Positions 23,758 through 40,776 of a stretch of DNA of 64,000 nucleotides are shown here, one piece after another. The translations under genes were made by a program, and so were the position numbers. How positions within the stretch are numbered: the first letter of the stretch is position 1; the number at the start of each line of letters is the position of its first letter. The DNA is taken from contig NW_020845796.1 of the NCBI RefSeq assembly GCF_003704095.1, positions 1 through 64,000 of the forward strand, in the 5' to 3' direction. The notes beneath the pieces were generated by a model. It worked only from the letters and a program-made list of their open reading frames with translations, had not been told where the DNA came from and searched no databases. The stretch comes from Pocillopora damicornis (Eukaryota).

Positions 23758-26700
23758 AGTACCAATGAAACCAACAAATAATATGCAGTATTATACCTGT
23801 CCAAGAACTTGAAACTGAAGATGTTCCAAGTTATCCTTGCTCCAGAGATGTAAGATTCCATCAGTGCTACATGTTGCAAAGTATTGGTCATCTGGACCAC
23901 TGAAGAGTAAGTCATTAATCTACAAATAGGAAAAATGGTGAATCATCATTGAAAATTGTTTTAATTAGGTATCAGCACTAATACGTTTCTTGTTATTGAT
24001 AATATCTGAAAAGATAAGCTTCAAGAAATTTATAGCATGCCTAGTCATGCTGACATGCATACCATGGAACTTTCTGGAATGTTCCAATAGGTCGCGTAGT
24101 TATGATGTAAAACTACCAAAACAGTTTTGTTGTAAGATTCCTGAATGTTCTAGAATACTTTGTAAATGTATACATGGACTGGCACTCATGTGGTAGTAGT
24201 TGTTGTTGTTGTTGTCAGGAATGACTGAATTTCTGGATAGCTAGACTGAGAGAGACCTACTGTGGAAGATTGTTCATTTCAAGGAACTTTGGAGAAAATT
24301 GTGAGTTTGTGTCAGTGGAGATCTAAGATATAGACTGCGGTAGGCTTAAGTAAGTTTATGGAGGATAATAACTGTTTCCTTGTTAAGAATATCACTCGAA
24401 GTTTAATAAAGTAGTTGAGTTTTTAGGATTGTAGTGTTCTTTCTGTTGGTTAAATTAAACTGTAACATTCTATACTCAGCCAATCACTACATCATGCTTC
24501 AAAACTGAAAAGACAAGGTTACACTATCATGCTAAACCATCAAACTGGTTAACTAAGCAATCGTAAACCAATCAGGAAGAATGAATGATCAACATTGAGA
24601 GTAGGACTTCCTATAAATCCTTCAAAGAAGCAATACTCACCTTCTGTGCATGGCCACTGACCAACCTGATACTGGTTCTTTCATCCCAGTTGACATACCA
24701 TAATGTACCTGATGATGTACCGATAATGCCCTTTAAAAAATGACACAACATGAATTCCATTAATTCTGTTAATGTAGTAATGATTATAAAGTACAGTGAC
24801 ATGAAATCAACAAGAGGTGCAAGAAAAGAATGAAACTCACAGTTTCCAATGCTTCATCAAATGATGCAGAAATAATGGCTCCATCAAGTGTCATTTCATC
24901 TTCCATAACCAAACCATTGCTGGATAATCTAAAAAAAGTACAGATTAATAAAATTCTCTTTTTCACTTGGGTGGTAATAATTGTTAAATGTGATGGAAAC
25001 TGGGCATTTGAGAGAACTTTCCATGACTGAAGTACAGGAAAGCTAATGGAATCAGGCATAAAATTAAATATTGTCTGTGTTAGCTATGAACTTTTCATTG
25101 TGGTTTATTGTACCTTGTGGCATCTCCAGGAAGTCGCATCTCACTCACTCCTACCACAGACCACAATCTGAGATTCCCTGAGGCACTGCCAGCAATAAGA
25201 GTACCACCATATCCCATAAGCATACCTACAAAAATTTAATCATGTTTTTAAAAGTCAGAAATGTACCACTGCATGTACAATATATGGTATGCAGTAAGCA
25301 ATTTTGGTTGTCATTGATTTATAGCAGTGTTCTGTGTTTGCTCATTGTATCTAGTATTTCCACCATCTCTCAGGGACCTCCCCAAAACTTCAAAGCCCAT
25401 GTGACATTTGTCATGTTTGCACTCATCCATTCCATTGAAGGCTAGATTTCTCCAATGCCTTTTTCTAAATTCTACTACACCTGCGTACCAATTTCAGCAG
25501 AGTCTCCTTGCCAGTGAATGAAGCACTTGTTCTGCCTGGTGTCCCAGGCAGATAACATTCCTGTTAAAAAAAGACACATTTTACCTATTGCCTTCTGTAA
25601 TGTTTTTTTAAATAACCCTTCAACTCCAAAGAGTAACTAGCTTCTAATTTCTCAATACAGTATCATCCCTGAGTAATCCCTCTAACTTGGCTTTATAAAG
25701 TCTAAATAAGTCAATTGAAGAACAGTTAATTGCACAATGAAGAAGTAGTTGTGCTGTCAGAGGTGACAAGAAAGTACTATGCATTACAACTTCGACAGGT
25801 GTATATTGTTTAGACTAGCAAATCACTGCTGGGTGTTTAAATACCTGAGCTTGTAGCAGCATACATAGTACTGTCTCCTGCATACCAAACAGCTGTGAAA
25901 TCATAATACTCATCTCTCTGTGAAGAAAATTAACTTAGTTCTTGTAAAGGATTCACTTATTGTGCATTGTAGTATGTTCTTTATGATCCTTTTCAGAGCA
26001 GGTTGCCTTAAAGTACTATTAGAACTCTTCAAAAGTTATAAAATTGATATGAAAGAAGGTAATCACAATGGCCAAATAAAGCCCTAAGACCATTTGGGAG
26101 ATTAGAAAAAGGGGAAAACTACCCTACAGGTTGTTTCATGACCTTAGAAAAACTAATACTACTGAGAAGACAAACAAAAGCAAAAATTAATGAAATAAAC
26201 TTACAACTTTCTTGGACTGTGTAAGTTCATCTGGAACCTCTGGCTCATGAACCTAAACAATATTGAAGAACTATTAGTTGCTCTGAAAAGACTTTGGTTT
26301 CTCATTTAAAAAGCTCTTTCCCTTATCCTTGACTTGTATGAGTGCTGCTGTTGGGCAGGGGGGATTCAGTGTTTGGGCTGATCACATTACAAAATAGGCT
26401 GTAATAATTGTTTGGTAGGGAAGGGGGCAAAGTTATTATTAATAGCTGGTTGTCTGAGGGAAATGTTACACATCTGATTACAAACCCCCTCCAAGCTCTA
26501 ATCCAAGGTTATTGATTTTCAGTTGTATTTTAAAAAAGTTAAGCTAGTGTTTACGTACATTGAGTGTCATCTGATCACCAGTCTCATCCAGTAACCAAAA
26601 CAACACAGAGCCATCTTGACCCACAGAGCAAAATTCATTAGCAGTGTATGGATCCCACATGATGTCATGAACTGGATGCCTGGCAAAAGAGGAGGCAAGG

Positions 26701-29700
26701 ACTACCAAGTCTCTTGTGCTCCAAACCACAACAGAACACTCCCTGTAATCACCCACTGACACAAGGAATCTGTCATCACGGGAATATGCTAGACAGACTA
26801 TCTCATGTTCATGGTGGGTTAGAACCTGAAAGAAAATGACTTGTAATAAGGAGACAAAAAAAAAAAAACAAAACAAAACAAAAAAAGAAATGAAGAGACA
26901 GGACAGGAGCAACATGATGGGACAGAGATTAGGGATCAGTCCAGAGCTCAGGTCAAACAATGGTGACAGTCTCATTCATTTGTGTTCTTATGCAATTTAC
27001 CCATACAATGCCTCTTATTACACAACAGTAGAAAAACACTAAAGGAAAAAGAGGGGATGTGGAGGTTTACAAGAAGGCATTTGCAAGTTTGGTAATGGTT
27101 CACAAAAATGCTTGAGTCAATAAAACTGGTATATCATAATATAAAATAATATCAGTTATTAAATACAATGACACACTCTCTAAGTATGATGTTTGTGTAA
27201 GGCTGTGAAATCTGACTCTGCTATATGTAAATGACCATGTGAGAGATATATACTACACAGTTACATTCTTACCAACAGCCCCTGTGCTCACCAACTGCAT
27301 TGATTATTTATGCATTGCAAGCATGTGCATCAAAGTAAACACAAGAAACATACCTTTTGACAAACTCCATCTGGCAGGTTCCACAAGAGGATCTGACTGG
27401 CTACTGTATCAGAAGGCCCAGAAGCTGAGGCCAGCATCAGACCATCATGTTGTAGGGCTAATGTAGAGATCTCTTCTGTGTGCCCCATAAGGTGCCTTTG
27501 AGTACCAGAATGAAGGTCCTCCATGACCACAAGACACCCACTGGTGTAGGCAAAGAGGCCTTGATGGAGAGCAAAAGAACATTTATTTAACAAGTGACTC
27601 AACTTGATTCAGCAGTATGGTAAAAATGACATCATCAATTAAACATGCTTTGAAACTCTAAGTTGTCAAAGGTAATATTAACTTTTTACATTCCCCTAAA
27701 CATTTCAATACTGGTGATGAGTAACTAAAAAAGTTAACAACTGGAGGATATTATCCAGTCTTAAAAACCTTTTGCTGTTGATTTACTAACAATGTACTTT
27801 TATTTGTGCCAATATTCTACAGATGGTGCAAAACTATTTTCACTTACACCAAAGATCATTTATTGACAGAAAAGTAGAAAAATTAACATTCAAGACATTC
27901 TTCCTATTTCTCCAGACTCCATGTTGTATCTTGAATCTTCCTTTGATATTTCATATTAAAAAAAAATTGAAAAGAAGACAGTGAAGACTTTCTGGCTAAA
28001 CATAAATTTCATAAAATAATAACCTGTCTATGAAGTTTGTCTATTATCTCAGTGTAAAAATACCTGTGTCATATTTCCAGACCAAATTCTTCCTTCCATT
28101 CCCATTATATCCAAGAACAGATTTTAGCTGGAGTCCTGCTTGGTTTGGAGGAGCTGTGTATCTGCGGTCGGCCAAAGAGGAAGTCCTTGCACGGCACCTG
28201 TAGTGTCTAGTGACCTTAGGGACAGGATGGTCATCACTGTTTACTACTCTTGATCCACCCGGTGGGGGAACATTGAAGTTCAATCTTCTGGCAGGAGGTT
28301 TAGTCTTGACAGGGGAGCCCTAGGAAACAATGTGATGCAAAACATGGGGTGAGTGAGTCATTTCACCAATGATACACACAGTACAGAGCAACAACAAAAA
28401 AACAAATCAACAAGTAATTTAATTTAAAATAAGAAAATTGTAAATGAAAACTTCATTCTTACAGATTCACCAGTGTTGAGCAAAACTTGTTTTTGGGGGC
28501 TTTTGCTTTTCTCTGGAGAGTAACTATCATGAACTTCACTCTGCAGCACTCTATCAAGGGTACCACGAACATTTTCGCTGTCATGCACATCAGCAGGAAT
28601 TGGGCTGATGTCAAACTGAGGAGGTTCATATTTAGTTGGTACTGGAACTGATTTTCTTGGGATGACTGTGTTAGGATGACCATTTGGTGGACTATATGGT
28701 CTTTCAGGAGTGATTTTCACACTTTTTTCTGCTTACACATGACAAAAATAAGGACAGTTTAATTGGTTAGTCTTAAGGTAAGTCTTACTTTTTTTCTTGG
28801 GAAATATTTATAAGGATGTCATTCAACAATACCTGCTAGTTCAGGAATGTAACTTTTCTGTGGGTTGCGTCCTCTGGAAGGTAATCACCAAATCAGTAAT
28901 CGTTACCGTAATTAACATGCAATTCATCCAATTTGAATGAGTTTTAATATTCTGAGGAAATCTATTGTACAACATAAATGAACATGGAAGACCCACAATG
29001 TTTTGCATGACCCTGAGGTTACATACTAGTATCAACTGAAATAATTAGAAAAAAAAATATATTCATTCAAGGTAATTCATGCTGGTGTTATCATAAAAAC
29101 TGTTTGACACTGTTTTCAAATTCCAGGCAAGAGGATTTAAAAACTGTTCTTATTCATATGTATTGTTTGCCAATATACAAATAATTATCCTGCTTTTTGA
29201 TGGAAAAAAACTTACCCATTCACTTGTGTCTGCCTCACTCTTCCATGAAAATCCCATAACAAAATGGCCTCTCCTACACTAATTAGCCCAAGATTATCTG
29301 GAGTGAAAGCAACTTGCTGAATGTGATCTGAATGGCCAATAAAGACCTATTTAAAAAATCGAAAAAAAGACTTTTGATTGTGATTTCCTATTGAAGTTGG
29401 AATGATACAGAGATCATGAAGTATGCAAACTTTTCTGTATGATGAGTCAAGGTTTCCCAGCCAATCAAGGATCTTTTCTTCATCCCTTGATGACAAGGAA
29501 AAGTACTAAACATGCAAGATTTCAACCCAGTCCCAAAATTTTAGCTGTACGTGAGGTTTCTTTCCAACCAAGTGGAACTACCTGAAAGTTAATGTCCAGT
29601 CGCATATGATAATCCCAAATCTTTACAACTTTGTCTCCAGCAGAGGCCAGATATTTTCCATCATGGCTCACAGCTAAACTTGAACAGTTACCACGATGAA

Positions 29701-32700
29701 TATTGGAAACCTGAAAGGTATAACTAAATTAGCGTTGCAAAGGATGTGGAACTTCATCTTTACAAGTGTTAGTCTTCACCAGTAACATTTTTAATTTAAG
29801 GGCCTGCTATGTTTCTCACATCAAATCAGTATTCTTCTTAGCTGAGGAGGAACTGACCAGTTATNNNNNNNNNNNNNNNNNNNNNNNNNNNNNNNNNNNN
29901 NNNNNNNNNNNNNNNNNNNNNNNNNNNNNNNNNNNNNNNNNNNNNNNNNNNNNNNNNNNNNNNNTATGGATAGTGGAATGTTCTTGCTATATTACCTAGT
30001 GACCCTGCACTGTGCATGAATTCTCCATTAGGTGTAAACACCAAGCCTGTCACTTGGCCAGCATGCTGGTTATGTTCAGCTAGCAGATTTGTTGTCCCGA
30101 CATGGAACACTCTTACACATCCTGACATAAACCCACAGGCAAAGCACTGCTGCTGAGGGTGATATGCAATGGCACAGGGGAGCTCACCAGGAGCTTGAAA
30201 GTCAAACAGCTGTGCAAGAGTGTCAAGATCCCAGACTCGTATTGATTCATCAAAGGACACTGTGGCCAGATAACGGTGAGTGGAATCAAATGACATGGCT
30301 GAGATCTTTTGCGTATGAGATCTCATCAGTGTGGAGTAGGTGCGGGTTGATGTATTTAATACACCAAGATTACCCTGAAAGGTGTAAGAGAACAACGCAA
30401 ATTAGTGTTTACAAGAGAGAAGAAAAGAAATTTTAACTTCAGAATGAACACTATTGATAGGTCATCACTGACTGAGCATTTACTGACAGTTTCTTGCCAA
30501 TGAATAACAATATGAAATATGCAATATGAAAAGACTGAGCTCAGCAAATGTTCAAAATTACAAGTCTTGATATTCTACATTAATCAAACAGAGACCATTT
30601 GCATAAGATATCTTTTTTCTCCAAGTTGGATACACAAAATCATTATTCTCCGAGTTGGATATACACAAAAAATGGCTGTTGCCTAATGGAACTTTTGTTA
30701 TCAGTACACAATAGCAAGCGCTATAATTTACCGTGTTTGTTCCTGCTAACACATTAAGTCCATCACTAGAGATGTTAACAGCTGTGATTGGGCCCTCGTG
30801 TTCTTAAACAAAACAGCATTATTTATCAATTAACTCTTTCAGAAACTATTGTTGGTAGTTAAGTCACCTGCACAAATAAAAAGTTGCCCACACTGCAAGT
30901 ACCCCAGCTACCAAGGAGTTATGCAAATACCATTGTTCAGTAAAGAAATGCTCCTGGGAAGTGAGCTGCAATTTTAGCAATTGCAGAAAAGAAGCCTGAA
31001 ACAGTTTAGGCTTCAATGGGATTCCAACACATGCTTCCCAGATACTAAGTGGGTGCTACTACCAGTTGAGCTACAAAGCCTGGCCATCATATTTCACCGA
31101 CAATTTCCTAGCATGTGATCCTACTCCTGTGTGAGAGGAGGTATTGCACGAGCAAAGTATCTTCCCCAAGACCACAGCAGAAAACACAATGACCCAAGCA
31201 CTGGCTCACACCCAACTAATACGAAATAGAGTCAACCATGCTACTACTGTGTCCCTTTCATTTTGTTTGCAAACTGTTCTAGCCTGGTAAGTACTAGTTA
31301 GATTGGTTGTGGCTAACATTCTCTCCTGTACCTGCAAATCCAACCTACTACTTCTTCACTACTATTACTACTACTACTAATAATAATAAACTTTATTTTT
31401 CAAGGGTGGCACCTGACAGCATAAAATACTGATAAACTTGTGGCTCTCATGGACTGATTCCCCCCTTTGATCAGCATTCACTGGTAGGCAGTTATAGTTA
31501 CTTGCCCATTAGATCTTAGTTAAAATTGCTGATAGACTTGAACTGGAATTTGGTATTTAAAACATGATACTTACCAGCTTCAAGGAACACAGTGGAAAAA
31601 TCTAAAGGCCACAACCGAAGGAAACCATCATCTGAGCCAGTGGCACAAAATGACTCATTTACATAGAGTGAATTGAGTCTGATTCCAAACTCAGTTGGAA
31701 TTGTACCACCATACTTGCCAACTAGGTTGCTACGAGAACCAATAGGAAGAAGTCTGATTACTTTGTCCAGCATGATCTTCTGATAGTCAATCTGATAAAT
31801 TGTCCCTTGGTTTGTACAGGAATAACTGTAAAGGAAAACATGATTAAATATCAATGATCATAGCACTTTTTTTGGTTTTGTTTTGGATCTTAGTGAATTA
31901 GCTGCTTGGAAAGGCTTAGTTTTTAATGCAAAATACTGGAAACTTCTCTTGGGGGAATGCCCTGGGAATCAAGCAACCTCTTCCAGTATATGGAATACTT
32001 TGGAAAATGAACAACACATAACCCTTTCACTCCCAAAATCTCATTTAGTAATTCTCCTTACTGTCTGCCATACAATTCTTGTGATTTTAGTTCAGAGAGT
32101 TTAGTATTGGATCAACTAATAACCCCCTCTAATTGATATTTTTCTTCATTCTCATCACTTGCCTGCTTATTATTGTATTAACATTGTAAGAGGAAATTCT
32201 GTCTTGGTCAGTCGTGGAAGTTTAAGGGTTAACACATACAACTTTAAAAAATAAAACTCATAGTGACAGATGGTAGAGTAAGGTTCATTGATCAATGTAA
32301 CATGTCTACTGTCAAGGAAATTTATGTAAAAAAATTGCATGAATTGAATCAAACTTCTTCCCCCTATAACTGTCATAGATTTCCTTGTAAAGTGGATGTT
32401 ATGTTTTACATCCCCCAATAGTTTATTCATTCTTGTCACCGTTTTCCTGAATAATGTGCTATTATTAATGAGAGAGGTGAAATGTTTAAAATTTCTTCAA
32501 ATTTAATATAGGGTCACACCAGGTGAGATTTTTTTCTTTCTCAGAGTACTTGCAAGTTGAGTTATTCAAAGTATAAGTATAACAATTTAATACTACAATT
32601 TAAGATACAAATTTGCCAAAGCAATATACTTTTCTTACACTTTTCTAACTGTAGGATCTGCACTTGTGGGATTTTTGGCTCCATAAGCTATATCAGTGAA

Positions 32701-35700
32701 ATGAACCAAGCCTTGACGACCAAGATCTACTGGACAAGACCTCAAAGAGCCATGGCGAATTCGCCAGAAACGAATGTTGTCATTACCACAAGAGATCAAC
32801 CTTAACAAGAAAGACAGTAGTTGAAAATACATATTGCATGTCAATGATACATTCAAGCATTAGTAGAATACAAACTAAACCTTATAGAATAAATTCGAGA
32901 CAAAACCCAGGAATCCTAAAGTAAAGTAAATCAGTATAATTGTGTTACATGAATTGTTAAAAAGGCTGTTCCAGCTGTTTGGAACAAAAGCAAATGCAAG
33001 GCAGACAGAGATTTTCCATGTAGACCAGAGTATATTGAATTAGTAAAATGTATCATCAATAGGAAAGACAGTCTGAATACTCAACAATATTGAAAGTGAT
33101 TTTGGATGCTAAAAAAATTAATATGCAAACAATTAGGAAGAAAAAGTTATTCTTTGGAGGACATATTTCCATGGTGGATGTGGTTTTATTCTGTAATCTT
33201 CTAACTATCTCACCACCTTAAATACTGGCCAAAATGAAACACCCTAGCAAATGTCCTTAGAAATAATATGTTCTGTTCTAAGACCAAATTTTCTTGTAGT
33301 ATTCCCCACCCTTGTAAATAAGATGGCAATACATGCCTATTCTCAGTTCTTTTAACACTGTAATCAGTACCTGCTGTCATCAAACTCTGCAATTCTCATG
33401 CGCTGAATATCAATATCAGTGTGTGCTTTGGCAATAATGGAAACTTCTCCACCTCTGATAGCATGACTGATATCCCAAACCACAATCAGCTACATGAGGC
33501 AAAGGTAACAAAAAGTAAGTTCACATTCTTTTTTGATTAATGGTAATGTTCCTTGTTTAACAATGGCTACTAAGGGTGGAGAAATACCAAAGATACACTG
33601 TAACTCCTTTAACATATTGTAAATAAACAATCAGTCAAATTTTCCTTACCAAGCTACTAGATTTAAGTGAAACAACTATACCTGCTTTCCAAGGTTGTCT
33701 TTTCCAACACCACATAAAATGTTGCCACTGTATGAAAGACTTAAAACAAGAAATAATTCATAAAGTTAATTTAATAAGTTTGCCACAAATTTAAAATGAA
33801 ACTTGCAGAATTACTAAACTTGGCATGATCATTCAAGTAAGGAGGTTTATTTCTCTGTTTGGATGAAAAAGTAAGAGAACTTTCAATTGTAAGAAAGGCC
33901 CATTATTTGGTAGGATTAATGAAATCTCTTGGACAAGTGATACTATAGATACTTGTTACGAATGGTGCCATTACTACCATTTGAGGGCTAGTCATTTATG
34001 CAAGGTTTAACCCAAACTGCAGTTTTATGCAAACAGTGGGCCTTATTCATCCTCTGTAAGAGGGTTGTTTTAATTAAATATTAAATGTCCTTAAACTACT
34101 ACTACAAAAATAAATGTTCAGATAAAAGATTCAGCTAAGGATAGTTAAGAACATGGCTTTTGTTAAACAACAGTTGAAGCTGGCCCTGAAGGTTTTCAAA
34201 AGAACATTTATGACCACACCTACCTTATACAGTGCACATCATGCACTTCGGCTCGAAACATTGCGGTGCACTTTTGTGAGTGGTACTTCCATATTCTGAT
34301 AACAGAAGGAGATCCAGTCTGGGCTGAAGCTAAAATATCTCTTTGACCATCAAAGGCCAGGGCTGAAACCTGAAAAGTATTTGTGACATAGTTGTAATTA
34401 TAATTTAAATTCTCTTACATGAACACTATCAAATATTAGGTAATAAAAATGGCCTTTTTCTCTCTCTCTCTCTCTTTTTTTAAGCTTTAATTTCCACTCT
34501 ATTTGATTTGTTTTTGATAAGCTGAGATTTCCCAAGACCAGTTCACTAGAATTGTATTTTATCTCAAGGAATTTTTCAACCTTGATCAAATTTTGTTTAG
34601 TTTTTTCACTAGATATTTTCTCAAGTGTTTCTTCCAAGATGTCCAAACCATTTTATATATTTTTTTAATCCTTTGATTTTAAAACCACTTTTTATTAAAT
34701 TTTGTTGTAAGATTCCTTTTTTTTTTTTTTTACTAGCTCTTCTGCATCTTTGGCTTTAAAAAAGGGCAAACTTTGTGTTTTCAAAAAAAATGTTCACAAG
34801 TTTAATACACTTATTCATAGTAACAGTTACCTTGTCTGTGTGACCCATAAAAAACTGTTGTTGTCCAGATGACACATCTATTGNNNNNNNNNNNNNNNNN
34901 NNNNNNNNNNNNNNNNNNNNNNNNNNNNNNNNNNNNNNNNNNNNNNNNNNNNNNNNNNNNNNNNNNNNNNNNNNNNNNNNNNNCACCTCCAAACCCCACA
35001 ACTCTTTTCAGAGACAGAATGGGATCTGGTTTGAGCGTCTGAAAAGAATATAAACAAATGTAAGTTATGAAAAGCAGATCCATGAAGGAGCAGTAAGCTC
35101 TTTGAACTAGAGATGAGATAAAAGCATTATTATGCAAAACGTCACAAATTATTTGACTTGAGTGTTTGTGATAACTGCTGCAAGACTCTTCAGAATAACA
35201 ATAGTACAATATAAAGTGTCAAGAAAACAGTATGGAGAACTTGCAAACTGATCCTAGAGTGTAAAGGGTTAAGTTGTATTCTTATAATTCAAATGATTCA
35301 CTCTTTCTCACCGTGAAGTTTCCTGCCCTAGAAGCCTTTGGTATTTCCATTCTTTCCAACTAAAATCAGAATCAAATGTAAGAAAGAAGGATCAAAGATA
35401 GCCAGTTTTATTTCAGAGAAAATAAATTGAACCTCTCCGATTATACAGTGTTTACCTGTTGGACCTTATCTGGTTCTTTCCGTTGTTGAAGATTAGTGAC
35501 AGATTTATTTGGGTGGGCATAGACATGTACTTCACCAAAATTTGGATCTGCCACTTGTGCTCCTTGGATTCCTACTGCTGGTAGGGCAGTAGGAACAATG
35601 TGTTTGCGCTTTTTTGGGTGTTGCTTGTGTGGATTAAGTCTGTCCACTAATGCTACCCTTGAGGTTACTGCTTGACGTGTCTGTAAAAATATACAGTTGG

Positions 35701-37778
35701 TGGCAAAAAATAATAATCATATGCTGAGAGTATTCACTGTTCTCAAAAATTAATGACAAAGTTTCCTAGTGAGTCTAATGATGAGGTGAATACTTAACAA
35801 TCTATTATCATCCTTGTAGAATGTATTGTTAATTTATCTGCCAACTCAAATAAGTTTTGAGATTGGAGGAGACTGTGTGGTGTGCCATGGGTCAAGACTC
35901 ATTTACCCCCTAGGCACAAACATAACTCAGTAACTCCCTGGGGAAACAACAGCTCAAAGTTTCACCTTATACCTGATCAGGTTATCAGCTTTTTTGGGAA
36001 AAAAGCTTGAAATCTACTAACAAGGCCAACTACAATAATGTGAAAACATTGAGAGACTTCTTCGGAGATTTAAACTAAACAGACCTTAACAATGAAAGTG
36101 CTCAAGAATGCAATAGCTCACTTCATCCAAGAGTTCTATGGCAAGGATATACTATGCTATTGCCAGATACTTGCAAGAGAAAAAAGGTTTAAAACCAATG
36201 AAGATGAAGCATTTTATTTGGCCAATGAAGTGATTTGGACTGTGACTATAGAACTGGAAAAGCTTGGGAAGGCAAACATGTATAATTTGTTCTATTTTTG
36301 AGTTGGGATATATTACAAATCACTTGATGACTGGGCCCCCCCAGGAAACACTGAATTTTGTTTTTTTGGGGGCCAGTCATTAAGTGCTTATTGTACACAG
36401 CACATTTCATACCTTTATGTCACCTCTTGAGTGTTGAGAAGTTTCTTGGGAAAGTTTTGCAGATGAACCAACCTGATTGACATGATTTACTCTGACCCGT
36501 CTTTCTTCCCTTGCAGCGGTTGGAGGTTGCTCCCCATTGGCATGTTGTAATGTAGACTTCATATTTGCCATGATTCCAAATTGTGCAATTTTGGAATCAG
36601 GAGGGAATTTGATGTAGTCATATAACTGGTCCCAATCTGCTCCCTTGGCTAAAGGAAATGCCATTTCTCTTGGCAAAGGACTGATTCCTTTATCCAGTAA
36701 GCCTAGTTTTCTGGCTTCAGAAGCAGAAATGCCAGGTGCATAATCTATGTCACTTGTAAAGAGTCCTTTGAGAAACATGTTGGCACACAAGCGAATGCTT
36801 TTCATGTAAGAATATTGGCGGTTCAGGTAGACAGAAAGGATGTATCGAAAGTCTAGCACCAGAACAGTCCAGCGAGTTGTTTGAGAAGTAGTGCCCACAA
36901 GACCTGATGGAGAAAAATGAACAGAAGGAATACCAAGCCTAGTCAATAAATGTGTAAAATTGTACTACACTCAGTCTTATTTCTATTATATCACCACACA
37001 CAAAACCCACCAGTTACCTATTTACTCCAGTGAAGGGTTAACCCTTTAGCCCCTAACATCAATATCCATTTTCTCCATACTATTTACTATACATTTCCTA
37101 AGGTGCTGACAAAGAGAATTTGTTTAATAATCAACACCTGCTTTAGTTGGTGATCATTTCCTCTATTCTCATGACCTTAATGGTTGATTCAAGGGTGATA
37201 TTGTAAGGAGAAATTAAATGCTTGTCACTCTTAGAGGTTAAAGGGTTTATAGAGCTTAAAATGACAGCTTTTCAAAATTTACCATGTCTCTTAACTGACC
37301 TTTATCAATTTGTGGCTGATAATAACCACCTATATGTATTCACTAACCCACCAATCTAACATGAAAGTTCTTTTCCAAACTAATAAACTCATTGCCCAAA
37401 AAAGGTTATGTCTGGTTACATTTAGTTATACCAACTGATGCTAACACAATCCTCACTTGTTATGGTGCCCGCTTCACTGAGAGTAGCTTCATCCACTGAA
37501 CCAGGAGGAGGGCTGGAGACAAATGGAAACTGTAGCCATGTTGAGGTGGACTTGAACTCTTTAAACATATTTGAGAAGGAAATCCTAATGGTAAGTCCAT
37601 CATCTGTTGCTAAATCCACATGGACAACAAAGTACTTTCCAGCAATCGGACGGAATAGGCAGTACAAGAATCTACCGGTCAACCCTAATGACTGAGTGCT
37701 GGTGCGAGGGAACTGAATGAAGTTGCTGGCAGGAATTGATCCAGTGATTCTATAAACTGTGCCTTTCACCTGTTTGTC
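20172..37778 (-). CDS. WDR90: WD repeat-containing protein 90 (centriolar; CFA20/DUF667 domain plus multiple WD40 propellers); first exon and some internal sequence lost in N gaps
   Basis: N-terminal DKQVKGTVYRITGSIPASNFIQFPRTSTQSLGLTGRFLYCLFRP..ISFSNMFKEFKSTSTWLQFP is the WDR90 CFA20 domain. More than 30 GT-AG exons encode WD40 repeats (e.g. 37778-37457, 36902-36414, 31826-31574, 30374-29995, 28319-28064, 27559-27354, 26826-26559, 23386-23133, 22304-22129, 20335-20172), ending LMDYNEGSFQDFVGHCDGV..ILMWNVRAELD*. Confidence 0.93.
23721..23756. repeat. (TTA)12 microsatellite
   Basis: Direct reading of the sequence. Confidence 0.95.
23991..24467 (+). mobile_element. Solo LTR (probably Gypsy-type) in a WDR90 intron, antisense to the host gene
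   Basis: Termini TGTTA...TAACA, 4-bp target-site duplication TTCT on both sides (23987-23990, 24468-24471), AATAAA at 24405-24410, length 477 bp. Confidence 0.75.
24066..24156. promoter_or_regulatory. Two perfect four-unit heat-shock elements (HSF sites) and a CCAAT box inside the solo LTR
   Basis: gGAActTTCtgGAAtgTTCc (24066-24085) and aTTCctGAAtgTTCtaGAAt (24137-24156) are uninterrupted alternating nGAAn arrays; CCAAT at 24084-24088. Confidence 0.7.
32018..32232. mobile_element. piggyBac-type MITE, subfamily A
   Basis: ATAA-CCCTTTCACTCCC...TTTAAGGG-TTAA; body colinear with 47843-48054 and 59821-60028. Confidence 0.8.
36318..36390. repeat. Short inverted repeat (internally deleted foldback element)
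   Basis: AATCACTTGATGACTGGGCCCCCC ... GGGGGCCAGTCATTAAGTGCTT. Confidence 0.55.
37038..37249. mobile_element. piggyBac-type MITE, subfamily B
   Basis: TTAA-CCCTTTAGCCCC...GGTTAAAGGG-TTTA, 212 bp; body matches 12623-12834. Confidence 0.8.
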
Positions 37779-37958
37779 CTGAGAACAAAAGGCATTATAC
37801 AGTAGTTNNNNNNNNNNNNNNNNNNNNNNNNNNNNNNNNNNNNNNNNNNNNNNNNNNNNNNNNNNNNNNNNNNNNNNNNNNNNNNNNNNNNNNNNNNNNN
37901 NNNNNNNACCGCTAGTTAGCAGTGCATGCGGACTCACTTAGAAACAACAGAAACAAAC

Positions 37959-40776
<2,818 letters not shown>

